A DNA stretch of 64,000 nt. Source: Azolla caroliniana (taxonomy: Eukaryota; Plantae; Polypodiophyta). This document shows, piece by piece, positions 25,642-38,600 of the stretch. Numbering within the stretch: the stretch's first letter is position 1; each line of letters starts with the position of its first letter. Under the pieces are notes generated by a model. That model worked only from the letters and a program-made list of their open reading frames with translations, ran no database searches and was not told where the DNA came from. The translations under genes and the position numbers were made by a program. The DNA is taken from contig JBHGNT010000002.1 of the NCBI GenBank assembly GCA_043228905.1, forward strand, positions 10,664,001 through 10,728,000, written 5' to 3'.

Positions 25642-27522
25642 ATGTCCCACAACAAAAATACCAAAGGCAAAGGAAAGCAAATGAGCCTCTATACAATGCC
25701 TGGTTTTAGGAAGAACATGTCATCTTCTAATGAAGATGTGTCTCTAGAAGAACCTATAAAGGACCAACAATACTCTCAAGAGTCACTTAATGAGATAAAT
25801 AGAGTTAGTAAGGCGAAACTAAGATTTCAAGAAGATTGGCCTACTAAATTTAAGTGGCTTCAAGAGGATTTAGAAACTAACCTTTTATGGTGTACTTATT
25901 GTAGGAGTGATCCACATTGTAAGTCTTAATTTGGCAAAACAGGTGCCAAAATTTTTAAGACTTTTGCATTAGAAGAACATGCAAGAAGTGTGGCCCATCA
26001 AGATGCCATTTTGTTACAAGAACGAGACAAGAATGCTCTTGAAAAATGTGCATCAAAGAAAAAAGCTAGTGTGGATTTAGCAGTTGAAAAATTGTTTAAA
26101 TGTGCATATTTTATAGCTAAAGAGGATTTGGCATTTAGAAAATTGGAAAACCTCTTACGGTTATTAAGAGAGTGTGGTGTGGAAGGCCTTCCACGAATGT
26201 ACAATGATAATAAGGCTTGTGCAAGCTTTATCTTGCACATTAGCAAGGCTCTTGAAGCTGAGATATATGAAAGGTTGAGGACAAGTCCTTGGTTTGGGCT
26301 TATGGTAGATGAAGCTACCGATGTAAGTGTGACCAAAGAACTTGATCCTTTATGCTACATTTGTGGAAGGAAGGCAAGTACGAACCTCTTATTTAGGGGT
26401 ACTTGAAGTAGAGGATGGTACAACAAAAACAATAACAGAAAACATTTTAGCGCTGTTAAATAAGTGGAACTTAGATGTTAGAAAAATGATGGGATTTAGA
26501 AGTGATGGAGCATCTATTATGGTAGGTATGTCTACAGGTGTTGCTACAAGATTGAAGTCATATAATCCATTTATGACTTCATTACATTGTTGTGCGCATC
26601 GAACAAACTTGTGTGTGCAAGAGGCTTCAAGGAACGTTGAAGTCAAAGAAACATGCAAGCAGTTAGATGCCCTTGTGAATCGGGTGGCTGCACATTTCTC
26701 GAGGAGCAAGATGCAAGATGCATTAGAATACACACATTTGCATATTCTTGGGATTGTGAAAACACGATGGCTTAGTTGGCATGGTGCTATCATGAGGGTA
26801 TGTGATGTGTATGAACCCTTGCTGAAGACTTTGCAATCACAAAGTGATGCATACAATGTATTCTTGAGTTTAAGAAACTTCAAAGTAGTGTATATGCTTC
26901 ACTTCCTTGCAGATGTACTTAAGATCATGTCTACATTAAGTATGGAATTCCAAAAGGAATATGTAGATGTGACATGCATTGGAGGTTTGGCTATGATAGC
27001 CATTGGGGAGATAGAAGAACGAATTTTACATCATGTTATGATGGATCTGAATGGTTTTGAGAAGGATAACGATAATTATCCAGTTATTCCAGAATATGGT
27101 AGAGAAAAAGGAATGCTTTCAGTTTTACGAGATGCCACAAAAGGTAATATGTATAAAAGCATCCTCATCGATAGAAGTATTGATGGTGAGGACTTAATTG
27201 AAGCCATACAATTCCAAACTTTGTTTTCTAAGGCATTGATAGAGACAATAAAAAAGAGGCTTCAAGATCCGGTGACCCTTTCCGCATTGAAAATGTTATC
27301 ACCAATGAACATGTCTACTGGATCTACAAGCATTTTAGCACGAAAAATTATAGGTCTTAATGAGTTGAAAACACTTGGAAATTTTTATGGCATTCAAAAA
27401 ATGATAGATGGGAAAGTGTTTTCTCCCATAATTGATAATGATAAATTGTATGATGAATATGCAATTTTCAAAAGGCAAGCTACCATGGAATGGCTTGGAA
27501 GAGATTTCTTAGATGTTTGGGG
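25642..27522 (+). pseudogene. hAT transposase pseudogene
   Basis: RFQEDWPTKFKWL..WCTYC (TTF-type zinc finger); FGLMVDEATDVS and SDGASIM (catalytic Asp residues); HCCAH (CxxH); TRWLS. Stop at 25929, frameshift at ~26340, C-terminal dimerisation domain lost. Probable 5'-UTR intron 25524-25640. Confidence 0.85.
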
Positions 27523-27923
27523 TATACACGGAATGGCAAAGGTAAGCTACCACGGAATGGCAAACTACACACGAAGGGATGTATATGATGCTTACACATA
27601 TGAGATGTATACGACAAGTGAGAAGTACGTCACCTACAACCAATTTTCAAATGTGGACTACATTATTTTCAAATGTTATTATACCTCAAAAAGTGCTTAT
27701 GGGGTATTGTTCAATATGTGCAAACATCAAGAGCATGGCTAAAGGTGCTAGAACAATAAAAGAAAAGGACAACCATAAGAAGTTGTTACAGGACCATCGT
27801 GAAGCCTAGGCGTTAGAGTGAAAGAAAGTGATGGTCCATAGAGAGAAGTCATTGAAGAATCCAAGCCAATACATGTGTCTAATGATCGATGGTATAGATA
27901 AGAAGAAGACGTGTCTACCCCAC

Positions 27924-28083
27924 TGTTGAGGATCCTACTGGTCGCAACTGGTTCTCACTTGTGTGTGTACGGGTGCAAAGATCGAAATAATAGAAAAATA
28001 GAAGACAGACTCAAGAATACAGGGACACAAGATTTAACGTAGAAAAACCCTAAATGGGTAAAACCACGAGAGTCCACAAACTC
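27924..28083 (-). repeat. Copia LTR end fragment
   Basis: Starts TGTTGAG. GACACAAGATTTAACGTAGAAAACCC..AAAACCACG is the reverse complement of a motif seen in the LTR at 3890-3940. Confidence 0.5.
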
Positions 28084-31000
28084 GGAAGGTAACACAAACC
28101 GGGGAAAAGGCCGGAACAGAAGTTCCCTGAACCGGGAGAAGACAGGGACGAGGTCGAAGTCAAGGGGGGAGGCCCACATGCTTTTATTGCAGAAAGCCGA
28201 CGACTCCGAACCGAAGAAGATTTTGGAGAGGAAAGGAACATCGGCAATCCGACAAGCGAAGAGGAACTACTGCTAATCACCGAGGAGAGTGAGTTGCACC
28301 TTGTCAGCGATGAATCAACATGGGTGGTCAACTCCGGAGTGTCGTTCCATCTGACCCCCAATTGGAAGTGCTTCTCATCTTATAGAATTAGAGATCACGA
28401 TTGTGTAAGGATGGGGAATGAAGAAGCATGCCAAATTGTTGGCATAGGAGATGTGTGGCTGACAATGTTAACCAGGTGCAAGCTGCTGTTAAAAGACTGA
28501 ACCTGATATAAACCAGTTAGTTGGATGATGAAAGCTACACCGGTAGCATCCGGAATGGCACAATGAAGTTTTGTAGAGGAAGCTTCATTGTGGCCCAAGC
28601 CTGGACGATCAACACAATGTACCTAATGCATGCTCAGATATGCCGGGAGGAAGTGAACATAGCCTCTGACACTACCGGTGAGCTATGGCACAAGAGGTTG
28701 TGTCACATGAGTAAGAAGGGGATGTAGAGACTTGCCGAAGAAAACGTCAGTACTGAGGTGAAAAACATGCTACTTGAGAGGTGCACCGATTGCTTGGCCG
28801 GTAAGCAAAACCGAACCTCCTTGTGGTCGAGACCATCGATGAGACGAAAGGTACCGCTTGAACTCGTGCATACCGATGTATGTTCCGTGGACACGAAGTC
28901 ACACGCCGGATTGCAATACTTCATGACTTTCATAGATGACCCCGGGTTTGAAGCTCTGGGTCTCCACGCTAAAGATGAAGGACCATGTATTGTCCATCTT
29001 CAAGGAGTTTCATGCGAGAGTCGAGAGGGAAACCGGCCAGAAGTTGAAAGTGGTTCAAGCAGAGAACGGATGCGAATATCGAAGGCAGTTCGAGTAGTAC
29101 TACCGATCAAATGGAATGAAGATCGAATTCACTGTGTTGAAGATGCAAGAGCTGAACGGACTAGCCAAGAGAATGAACCAGACCATAATGGAGTATGCCG
29201 GCACATGCGAAGCTGTCCAAGACGTTCTGGGCTGAGACGATGATGACAACGACGTACCTGATAAACAGGTCACCCTCAACACCCTTGGACAGAGACATAC
29301 CATAGAGAGTATGGACTGGTAAAGATGTGTCCTACTAGCATCTAAAGATGTTCGGTTGTCTCGCTTACATGCATATTGCAAAGGAAAAAAAGGAAAATTG
29401 GACCCGAAAACTCAGCCATGCATATTCCTTGGGTACGGGGATGATGAGTTCGGTTACCGACTGTAGAACGTAGCCAAAAAGAAAGTGATCCGGATCAAGG
29501 ACATAGTCTTCATGGAAGACAAGACTGTCGCCAACTGAGAATCGGAGAAGAATATAGCCTTCTCCGGGTCGACCCACAGAGACTGTTTGGAAGATACAAG
29601 TATGTATTCAGTTAGAAGTCGAATGTCGGTCGAGGACCACAATGAACCAACCGGATCCGGACAAGAAACCGAATCAACCGAAGAAGGATCAGATGTCGGA
29701 ACCGGACAAAACCTCGAACTAGATTTGGATGAAGAACAAACGGAAGAACTGGTGGCTGAAAACCAAGGAAGAAGATACCCTGTTAGGGAGAGAAGGCCCC
29801 CCAGGAGATTTCTAGATGAAGAGCATGTATTGCTGATCGACGAGGGGGAGCCTGAGAGCTTCAAAGAAGCAAAGAAACACACCCACAACCGTAAGTGGTT
29901 AAGTGCCATGTAGGATGAGATGGATTCCCTACATGAGAACCATACATATGAATTGATGGAGCGATCGAAAGGAAAGAGGGCACTCTAGAATAAGTGGGTG
30001 TACAAGTTGAAACCGAGAGACGCCGGAAATGCACTGAGGTACAAAGCCCGCATTGTGGTGAAGGGTTTCTAGTAGAAGAAAGGAGTGGATTTCAACGAGA
30101 TCTTTGCCCCGGTCTTGAATATGACATCCATCCGGACGGTGTTGAGCATAACGGCAAGCATGGATCTCGAGGTCAAGCAATTAGATGTCAAGACTGCATT
30201 CTTGCACAATGACGTTGAGGAGATCTACATGCAGCAACCAGAAGGAGAACCTAGTGTGGTGGTTGAAGAATAGCTTATACGGACTAAAGCAAGCTCTCGG
30301 GCAATGGTACTAGAGGTTCGACTCCTTCAGGACCGACGAAGGATACCACAAGACGTAGGACGACCACTACCTGTTCTTGAAGAAGTTCGACGGAGGGGAC
30401 TTCCTAATACTCCTAATGTATGTTGACGGCATGTTGATCGTGGGATGGGACTGTATAAAAATCCGGATATTGAAGAAGGCCTTGAGCAAGTCCTTCTCAA
30501 TAAAAGATATGGGTTTGGGGAGACACATCTTACGGGTGCACATAGTCCAGGACCGCATGAAGAAGCTAATGTGGCTATCACAAGAGAAGTATGTGACGAA
30601 GGTGCTTCAAAGGTTCAACATGGCAGATGCGAAGCCAGTCAGGTCGCCACTTCCAGCAAATTGCAAGCTGTCCAAAAAACAAATTCCAAAGACAAAGGCG
30701 GAGAAAGCTAAGATGATGAAGGTACCGTACGCCTCAACAGTTGGAAGCTTGATGTACACAATGGTGTGTACCTAGCTGAACATCAAATATGCAGTTGGAG
30801 TGGTCAATCGGTTCATGACCAATTTGGGAAGAGAGCACTGGGCCGTAGTCAAGTGGATACTCCGGTGCCTAAAAGGCACCTCAATCATGTGCCTTCGATT
30901 CAACTCATGTAAACCCCTATTGGAAGGCTTGACTGATTCGGATATGTCGACTGATATAGATACCAACCGGTACACATCCGGATACGTCATGACCTATGCA

Positions 31001-31740
31001 GGGGGACTTGTATCATGGCCGTCGAGGCTGCGGAAGTCCGTGGCACTATCAACCACAGAAGCGGAGTACATGATGGCTGTTGAAGTCGGCAAGGAAATAA
31101 TCTGGATGAAGGACTTCATCGAAGAGTTCAGGACCCGATAGGAGGAATTCCAACTCTACTGCGATAGTCAAAGTGCCATCCACCTTGCAAAGAACGCAAC
31201 CTACCACTCAAGGTGTTGTCGGCTGAGAAGTTGGACGTGTTCCGGAGATGGATTGGTTTGACAAGACATCCCATGCCGGAGTGAAGGGAGAGTTTGTTGA
31301 GAAACTGGTCCCTCCGGATGAGAATCAGACAAGCCAGATTGGAGGAAGAAACTAGACCAGATGGATCCGGAAGATATCCGGCCGGATCCGGTGTGAACCA
31401 GAAGTGGCAGTCGAATAGCAGCGACGATTGGCTGGACAGTGGCCAACAGTGGCCAGAGTGGCATCCGGATAGCAGCCAGACAACGGCTGGACAGACGGCC
31501 ACATACAGTTGGTGGACACAGTCGTATAAAGACACAACGGACGGACTAAGATGACTGGGACAGACAGACAGACAAACAAGAAGATGAAGATGGTGAAGTT
31601 GACCAAAAGAGGAAGAAACAAGAGGAAGACGACGACAGAATAGGAACAAAAATTTAAGACAGAAAATTAGAGGAGAAGAAATCAAGCAAGAGGAGGAACA
31701 AGGAAGGAGTTACAAGAGAGAAGAAAGAGAGGGCATACGA
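28084..31740 (+). mobile_element. Degenerate Ty1/copia (Tnt1/Tork-like) pol with PPT and partial 3' LTR
   Basis: Protease WVVNSGVSFH; LWHKRLCH; LELVHTDVC..FIDD; RT QLDVKTAFL, LMYVDG; VPYASTVGSLMY; RNase H VALSTTEAEY. PPT GTGAAGGGAGAG at 31281; LTR from TGTTGAG at 31295. Confidence 0.88.
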
Positions 31741-32131
31741 GTAAATTTAAAAATAGAAGGGCATTAACCCTATTACAATAACTCGAGGGCACGGAATCAA
31801 ATTTCAGAAGCTCAAGGGCAACAAACAAAATTTCAAAAAAAAAGGATTTCAAAAACATGAGGGTAGATATTAAAATTTTGTAAACTCACAATAACTCACA
31901 TAAAATAAAAGAAACACACACATACATACACAAAACATTATTGTCAGACCAAAAAAACAGTACCGAAGTTTCTATCTTCGTAGATGTTCCGATCGAACGA
32001 GAGGTTCGTGTTACGCGTGTTCCGGTCGATGGAGGTCTGACCAACGCGATACGCGAAGACCGAGGGAGTTCTAGTCCAAGGACCGATGTTCGTTTTAATT
32101 GAAGGCATGTGGGTTCACCCATGCAAGGCAC

Positions 32132-32546
32132 TGTCCCACGGGCGTGCCATATGTGTTATTCTTGGGATTGTAAGTCTATGAGTGAGTGTATAACTGTTGG
32201 TACGTGGATAGATAAGTGAAGTCTTTGTATTAAAAGTCATGTGTAAGTGTATGTGCAAATGTGCACATAAGTGTGAGTATATTAATATGGTGAAGTGGGT
32301 CTACGTTGTTACAAGGTTATGTAACTAACCTACAAACCCCATTGTATGTTCTTGATTTGGAACCCTCATGTAATGTACCTATATAACCCCACCCAAGGGG
32401 CATGAATGGGGGATAGAACAAGTAGAAGTTTTGCCTCTCAATATTGTGTGTCTTTCTCTATCTCTCTCTCGCTCTTCGCCTCACGGTCAACCCCTTGGGA
32501 AGGGGGTGGAGCTCTTCTTGGCTCCACCCCCGACCCATCAACAACA
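32132..32546 (+). repeat. LTR related to the solo LTR at 48997-49472 (opposite orientation)
   Basis: TGT...ACAACA ends; shared CCCCTTGGGA.GGGGTGGAGC motif and (CT)n tract. No TSD found. Confidence 0.55.
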
Positions 32547-32769
32547 TTGGAAGCTCTAAGAGGTTTAAGGGTATTGAGGAAATTAATGAGAAAAAATTGA
32601 CATATGCCGAAGTAATACATGTAGATGAGGTTGACAAGGATCATTTAATTGGGATATTTATGGGGAATTGCCAATACGTTGTTGTTTGATATTGTGGAAG
32701 AAAATGAAAATGAAGTGAAAGAATGCATTGATGAGGATGTGCATGCTGCGGAAGTTCTTCCTCCACCTC

Positions 32770-33212
32770 CTCCTCTTGGGTTCCGATGTTAATTCTTTGA
32801 GCCTAGGTGGGTAGCTCTCGCTCTTGCCGGTGCAGTTTAATTTTAAGAGGATTTACCGGTGGTTCTACCGTTGCCTCGGTCTCTGCCTGCCGTTCTGGCT
32901 GGGCTATTCCTTTTCCTTTTGTGCCGATCTTCCCTCTGTCCAACCGGGAGTGTACTTAGCGAGGAGTTGTTGCTGCTTTGGCGGCTTGTTTGGAGTTGCA
33001 TCCGCCGCTCAACCCCGCTTCTTCGCCTTTATTTCTGGCACTGGTGGTGTGAGGGTGAGCCATTGGGCCACCACCGTCCATACTTTATTGCCATCCACTA
33101 TGGATTGGATGGCCATTCGCAGAGAATCGGCGATGATTACTGGCTAGTTCACTTTCACCCCTTCATATGTTGCGATGATGAACCCGGCTTTGTTCTTTGG
33201 CATTGTCGGGGG
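32770..33212 (-). mobile_element. Fragment of a retrotransposon accessory ORF
   Basis: Minus translation PTMPKNKAGFIIATYEGVKVN*PVIIADSLR resembles the G..VNW..II motif of plant LTR-element extra ORFs. Confidence 0.35.
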
Positions 33213-33214
33213 TC

Positions 33215-35613
33215 AGGGGTACATACAAATGTCCTTTAGAACACTTTTTATACAAGTCCTTAACAGGACGGACAAAAGTACTGACAAGTACTTCAATGCG
33301 CATATGAGTGACTCACACTGACTCCCAAAAATATGCCTACCTACTAAGGTAGATTCGTAGGCCTTTAATGGCCTACCGGTTACAATCCGATCCGTCTCTC
33401 CAATCCGGCTCTTGGTTCTGGACACTGATTCAGATACCTATCCGGTTCTCCATTCTGGATACCGATCCAGCTCTGCCTTATTCAATCGATCCAGATCTGG
33501 TTGAGCTTGTCCATTCAACACCTCCCCCTCAAGCTCAAATTGAGGTCGGATCGCAGTGTCAGTGTCAGTGGTAGCCGGCCCTCTCCTTCATCTCCCCCTG
33601 GCGTCCCCGCGCCTAGCTCGCACTCCTCGTTCGTGAGCTTCTCGGAGCTTCTTGACCTCTTTGTGCATCGACACGGCCGCCACTCGACAAAAAAACTCTA
33701 GCCTCATTGCTCCATCCACACCCTCCTTCGTCATCTCGGCATTGTATGCTTCTAAGAATCTCGGGACATCGTCCCCGTTGAACCGGCCGACTCGATCAAC
33801 CACCCTTTCGACGTCTTGTTGAGCCACATCTCGCTTCACCATCTTCTGTCCGGCATCCATCATGATCTTTGCCATCATCTCCGCAAAGTCGAAGTCCTCG
33901 TCTTCCATCTTCGTCCTCCCTTGCCACCTTTTCACGTTGGGTTCACCAAATATGTCGCGTTGTTACGCGCGTGCGTGTGGAAGGTGCGGGACCACGGGGG
34001 TCTCGGACTAGGGAGTAGAGGAGAAAGAATAAGATATGATATGGAGGCTTAGCTCAAGAGGAGAAGAGGAAAGAATAAGACCATGACATAGAAGGAGAGA
34101 TCGGCGGAGGCAAGATGCTCAACAAATTATATTAAAATAAACGAATGATTACAACAATGGTGGCCGCATGGGCCGCACCAAACGATTATGAGAAAACCCT
34201 AACCGGGGATGAACAAGGAAACCCTAAACGAAACCCTAACCCTTAAACAGTAAGACCTCTAGACTAAGTGGTATACCTTTTATACGCAAAATAGGAAACC
34301 CTTTCAATGGTGCCCCTTCCTCTCCTTTTTATAGCATAAGGAGAGGAAGCGGTTACAAAAGGGAGAGACTAAATATCCTCTTCATTCAATGGGGTTATTT
34401 TCTTGGATTCTTGGAGCAGGGATTGATGGGGCCTTAACTCCCACTCCTCACACATACTACTATGCCCGTTACTCACCTCGTACTCCTATGTACCTCTCTC
34501 TCTCTCATGTGGATGTGCACATAAGTGCACATCACATTTATACTTTAGGAATCTTGTGGTGCATTTCTTACAATTTGCATTTGTTCTTATTAATATTTTA
34601 CAAAAACATCATGTGCGTGTGCAACGTTGCACACCCCGGTTTTGCTCACTTCGCTCGGTTTTCCCCCTATGGACGAAAATCTTCACGACAGCGGACCAAG
34701 CTCCCCCGAGAAATGCCGTAACCTGTTGAGACCAAGGGGCTAGTGAAGATGTTGGCAATCTACCGACCCGTCAGAACATACGCTAGTTCGACCTCATCAA
34801 AAAGGACACACTCGCGGACAAAGTGATAGTGCACCTGAATGTGCTTGGTCCGGGCATGGAACACAGGGTTCGTCGCAAGGTGGAGGTTGCTGAGGTTGTC
34901 ACATTAGATCGTCACTGGATCGGACACCTCTACGTGCAGATCCCGTAGTAGTTGTTTTAGCCAAATGATTTCGCACGTAGCGATAGTTGTCCCAAGATAT
35001 TCGGCCTCTATGCTCGACAGTGCAACTGTTGGATGTTTTTACTGCTCCATGTGATCACCGCACTTCCCAATGAGAATGTGTATCCGCATGTGGATCTATG
35101 ATCATGGACGTTTATGGCCCAATCGGCATCTGTGTAGCCTAGTAACTGCTCGGCTACATCTGCACGATACAACAACGCCATGTCTTTCGTGCCATTGACA
35201 TATCATAATATCCTTTGCCCGCACTAAAGGTGTTCGGTCGTAGGCTGGGACAGAAATTGACTAATCATTCCGATCGGATAGTTGAGGTCCGGTTGAGTGA
35301 TCGTCAAGTAGATGAGGCTTCCGACAATCTGTCGAAACCGTGTCGGGTCACACGCCTTTCCCGAATCCTGGCGAAACTTTATGTTTCTATGCAGAGGGGT
35401 CAAGATTGGCTTACAATCTGCCATCCCAAATTTGAAGAGCATATTCAACGCATAATGACGCCGACTGATCTATATGCCTTCGGGGAAACTGTGTCGGGTC
35501 GCACGACTCTCTGTCAGAGCTCTGATATCCTCATCACGTAGAGGCATCTCAGCCTCATTGATCTCTTCTTCAGAATTCAGAATGGATTCATGAGGAAAAG
35601 GAAAAGGCATTAG
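33215..35613 (-). mobile_element. Copia family A remnant (RT tail/RNase H, PPT, partial 3' LTR 33215-33520), interrupted by a Trp-primed element
   Basis: RQIVGSLIYLTITQPDL (35224-35448); minus-strand [25 protein letters not shown] at 33522-33535 next to the LTR terminus TCAACA (33520). LTR core AGTACTGACAAGTACT is shared with 40530 and 52435. Confidence 0.75.
33560..34690 (-). mobile_element. Second tRNA-Trp-primed element: 5' LTR 33953-34690, PBS 33931-33948, gag start
   Basis: TTCACGTTGGGTTCACCA PBS (one mismatch to tRNA-Trp); LTR TGTCGCG...CACGACA; gag-like ORF 33588-33935. Confidence 0.7.
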
Positions 35614-38600
35614 ATATGGACAGAGGTATGGGAAGCTCGCTACTGATTGAGAAGCTCGACAGGAGAAACTACGCATCTTGGGCGTACAAGATGCACCAGT
35701 ACCGGCTCGGTCACAGCTACTGGAGTTATGTCGAAGGAGCTAATGATGTTGCACCCGATTCGACACATAAAGATTTTTCGGCTTGGGAACAAACAACAAG
35801 CAGAGTTCTCTACTGCTTTGCATCCTGTGTGAGCGACCAACTATTGAGCTATATTCGGGATGCTAAGACGCCAAAGGACGCGTGAGCGAATCTCAAAAAG
35901 CTCTTCGCCGCAAGCACTACAGCCAAGAAGCTTCAACTCAGGCAAGAGTTGAGCAATGTACGACAACGAGATATGTCGGTGGCTGACTACACCACCAAGA
36001 TCAAAGAAATTTGCAACTCACTCGCCTCTGTCAACGTGAACATCGAGGAGGATGAGATGGTGGAGGTTTGTCTTGGCGGGTTAGCGTCTAAGTTCAGAGC
36101 TTTCCGAACGGCGGTTTGCACGAGGGAGAATACGCCTTCGTTTTTCGAGCTTCAGTCAATGTTGCTCGTAGAAGAAAACCATGCGGGTGCATCGATGAGT
36201 GCGCACGCCGATGGCAAGATGCTCTACATAGAGGATGATAGGCCCCGAGGTCATGGTGAACGAGGCGATCGGCGTGCAATGGAGGCGGCCGAAAGGAGAA
36301 GAATGGATGGCATAATCGAGATGCCGGAAGCAATTCCGAACCCTCAGGAAGCAGGGGGAATCATGGTGGCGCCAGAAGATGGCAAGAGAAGGCCGCGTCG
36401 GAATGTTGGTACTGTGGCAAGAAAGGCCATAAGGAGAGTGAGTGTTGGAAGAAACAAGCAGATTCAGACAAAGCTGGATCGAGTGGAAGAGACGCAGGAA
36501 GCCGTCAGAAGTCGCACTACGTGGAAGGCTCGGAACGAGCCAAAAATGGAGCGGGCCCTGCCTTCGTAATGAAGCATAAGGCCAACTCAATGGCCGTGAA
36601 CACCTCGAAATCAAGTGAGGTGTGGTATGTCGATTCCGGAGCGTCAAATCATATGACTAGTCACGAGGAATGGTTCTCGTACTTGGAGAAGCTGGAATCA
36701 CGAGGGATTGTCGAAATGGGAGATGACACCCCGCATACCATCGAACATGTCGGTGAAGTTCCCCTCAGCCACGTCGGGTAGAAAGGGAAGCTTATGAACA
36801 TGTTGCACGTCCCGACAATAACGAAGAACTTGGTGTTGGTCGGTCAGATCGTCGACCAAGGTATGCAAGTTTGATCCACGCACCTTGGCTGCTTTATAGA
36901 AGAGGAAGGCAAAGTGATTGCGCAAGGGCGCCGTTAAAGGAGGATGTTTATCCTCGATACTAATCAAGCCAGAACCGCGTTGTACGCGAAAGGACAAAAG
37001 GTCGAATTGGATATCGACCTATGGCACAAGCGGTTCGGTCACGTAAATTTCCCACGGCTTCGTGAAACAAAGACGAAACATAGTGTTCGGATTGCCGAAA
37101 TTTCGGGGCCGTAATGCCCAAGTCTGCGAAGTTTGTCAGATGGGAAAACAACACCGACTTCCATTCCCCAATGAGCGTAATCATAGTCGAAGTCCGCTAG
37201 ACTTGATCCATTCGGATGTGTGGGGACTAGCACAGAACGTGAGTCTCAGTGGAAGCCGTTACTTTGTAACCTTCATCGACGACTTCACTTGGCACATGTG
37301 GGTATGCATGATCGCGAAGAAGAGCGAAGTCTTCGCATGTTTCCTAAAGGTGAAGAGCCTTGCGGAAAGGGAAACGGGGCGTAAGATCAAATGCCTACAG
37401 TCCAATGGCGGGAAGGAGTACTTCTCTGACCAATTCACATGTTATCTACAAAAGGAGGGAATTCAACGCAAATTCTCATGTAGATACACGCCGCAACAGA
37501 ACGGCGTAGCCGAGTAGAAGAATCGGACAATTGAAGAAGCAGCCAAGGCAATGCTTGAAGAGAAGCATATGCCGAGACTTTATTGGGACGAAGCCATGAA
37601 GACGGCTGTCTACTTGAAGAATCGAACTTCTGCTAATGGAGGAGTTTCTCCACATGAACTATATTTTGGAAAGAAGCCGAATTTGGCACACTTTAGGATT
37701 TTCGGTAGCATTGAATATGTGCATGTGCCGAAGGAAAAGAGGAGGAAGCTGGATGCCAAAGCCGAAAAGTGCATTTTAGTTGGCTATCCAGACGAACAGA
37801 AGGGGTATAAATGTTATAATTCCTGAACAAAGGAAGTACACGTAAGTCGAGATGTCATGTTCGACGAATCCGCTTCATGGTACTTGCCTTCACCTCCAGT
37901 ACCTCAAGACTCCATTCCGATGTCTGAAGAAGAGATCATCGAGGCTGACATGCCTCCGCATGATGAGGACGTCAGAGCTCTAAAAGAGAGTCCGATCTTA
38001 TTTCGGCTAAGTGGGCTGAATGAGGAGTTGGGCCGAGATGGCCAACCAGATGATGAGACGGCGAGTAGTGGAGACTCAGTCATGATGTCCCTACGTACAT
38101 AACCAAGGAGACGGCTTACGCGCAAGGAGAAGGGCAAGAAGAAAATGCTAGAATACGACTACAGGCAAACTGGAAAGGAACCTCCACAGAAGAGGTCGAC
38201 AGTAGCCGAAAAGGTCGTGAAATCGGGTAATCATGAATTACGCCGATCTACCGGCCTAAAGAACCCCGTAAAGAGATACGGGTATAATGAGTACATGGCG
38301 CACCATTACGCGTACATGACGGGAGTGGCGGAAGTGCGTGAGGCCGGAAAGGTACGCAGAAGCGGAAAAGGACGCAAATTGGCGTGCCGCAATGGAGGAA
38401 GACATGCGCGCCTTAACGCAGAACGAGACATGGGACCTCTTTGGCACATCGAAGGGTGTGAAGCCGATCGACTGCAGATGGGTGTATAAAGTGACATATA
38501 ACACGGACGGCTCCGTCAACTGCTACAAGGCCCGTTTACTAGCTAAAGGCTATGCCCAGATGCACGGCGTGGACTATGACGAGACCTTCGTGCCTATCGC

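Larger units (their letters stand above)
22632..27522 (+). mobile_element. hAT transposon (TTF-zinc-finger/ZNF862-like type), 3'-truncated
   Basis: Begins CAGTGTTGGGCAAAG and contains the transposase below. No right TIR seen. Linking this left end to the transposase is inferred. Confidence 0.6.

Noticed and set aside
27523-27742. C-terminal part of the 466-aa ORF as part of the transposase
   Set aside because: Similarity to hAT ends near FLDVW; the remainder is read-through into unrelated sequence.
34190-34250. Telomere-like AAACCCTA motifs (also TTAGGG at ~49008)
   Set aside because: Only a few imperfect units inside LTRs; not an interstitial telomere array.
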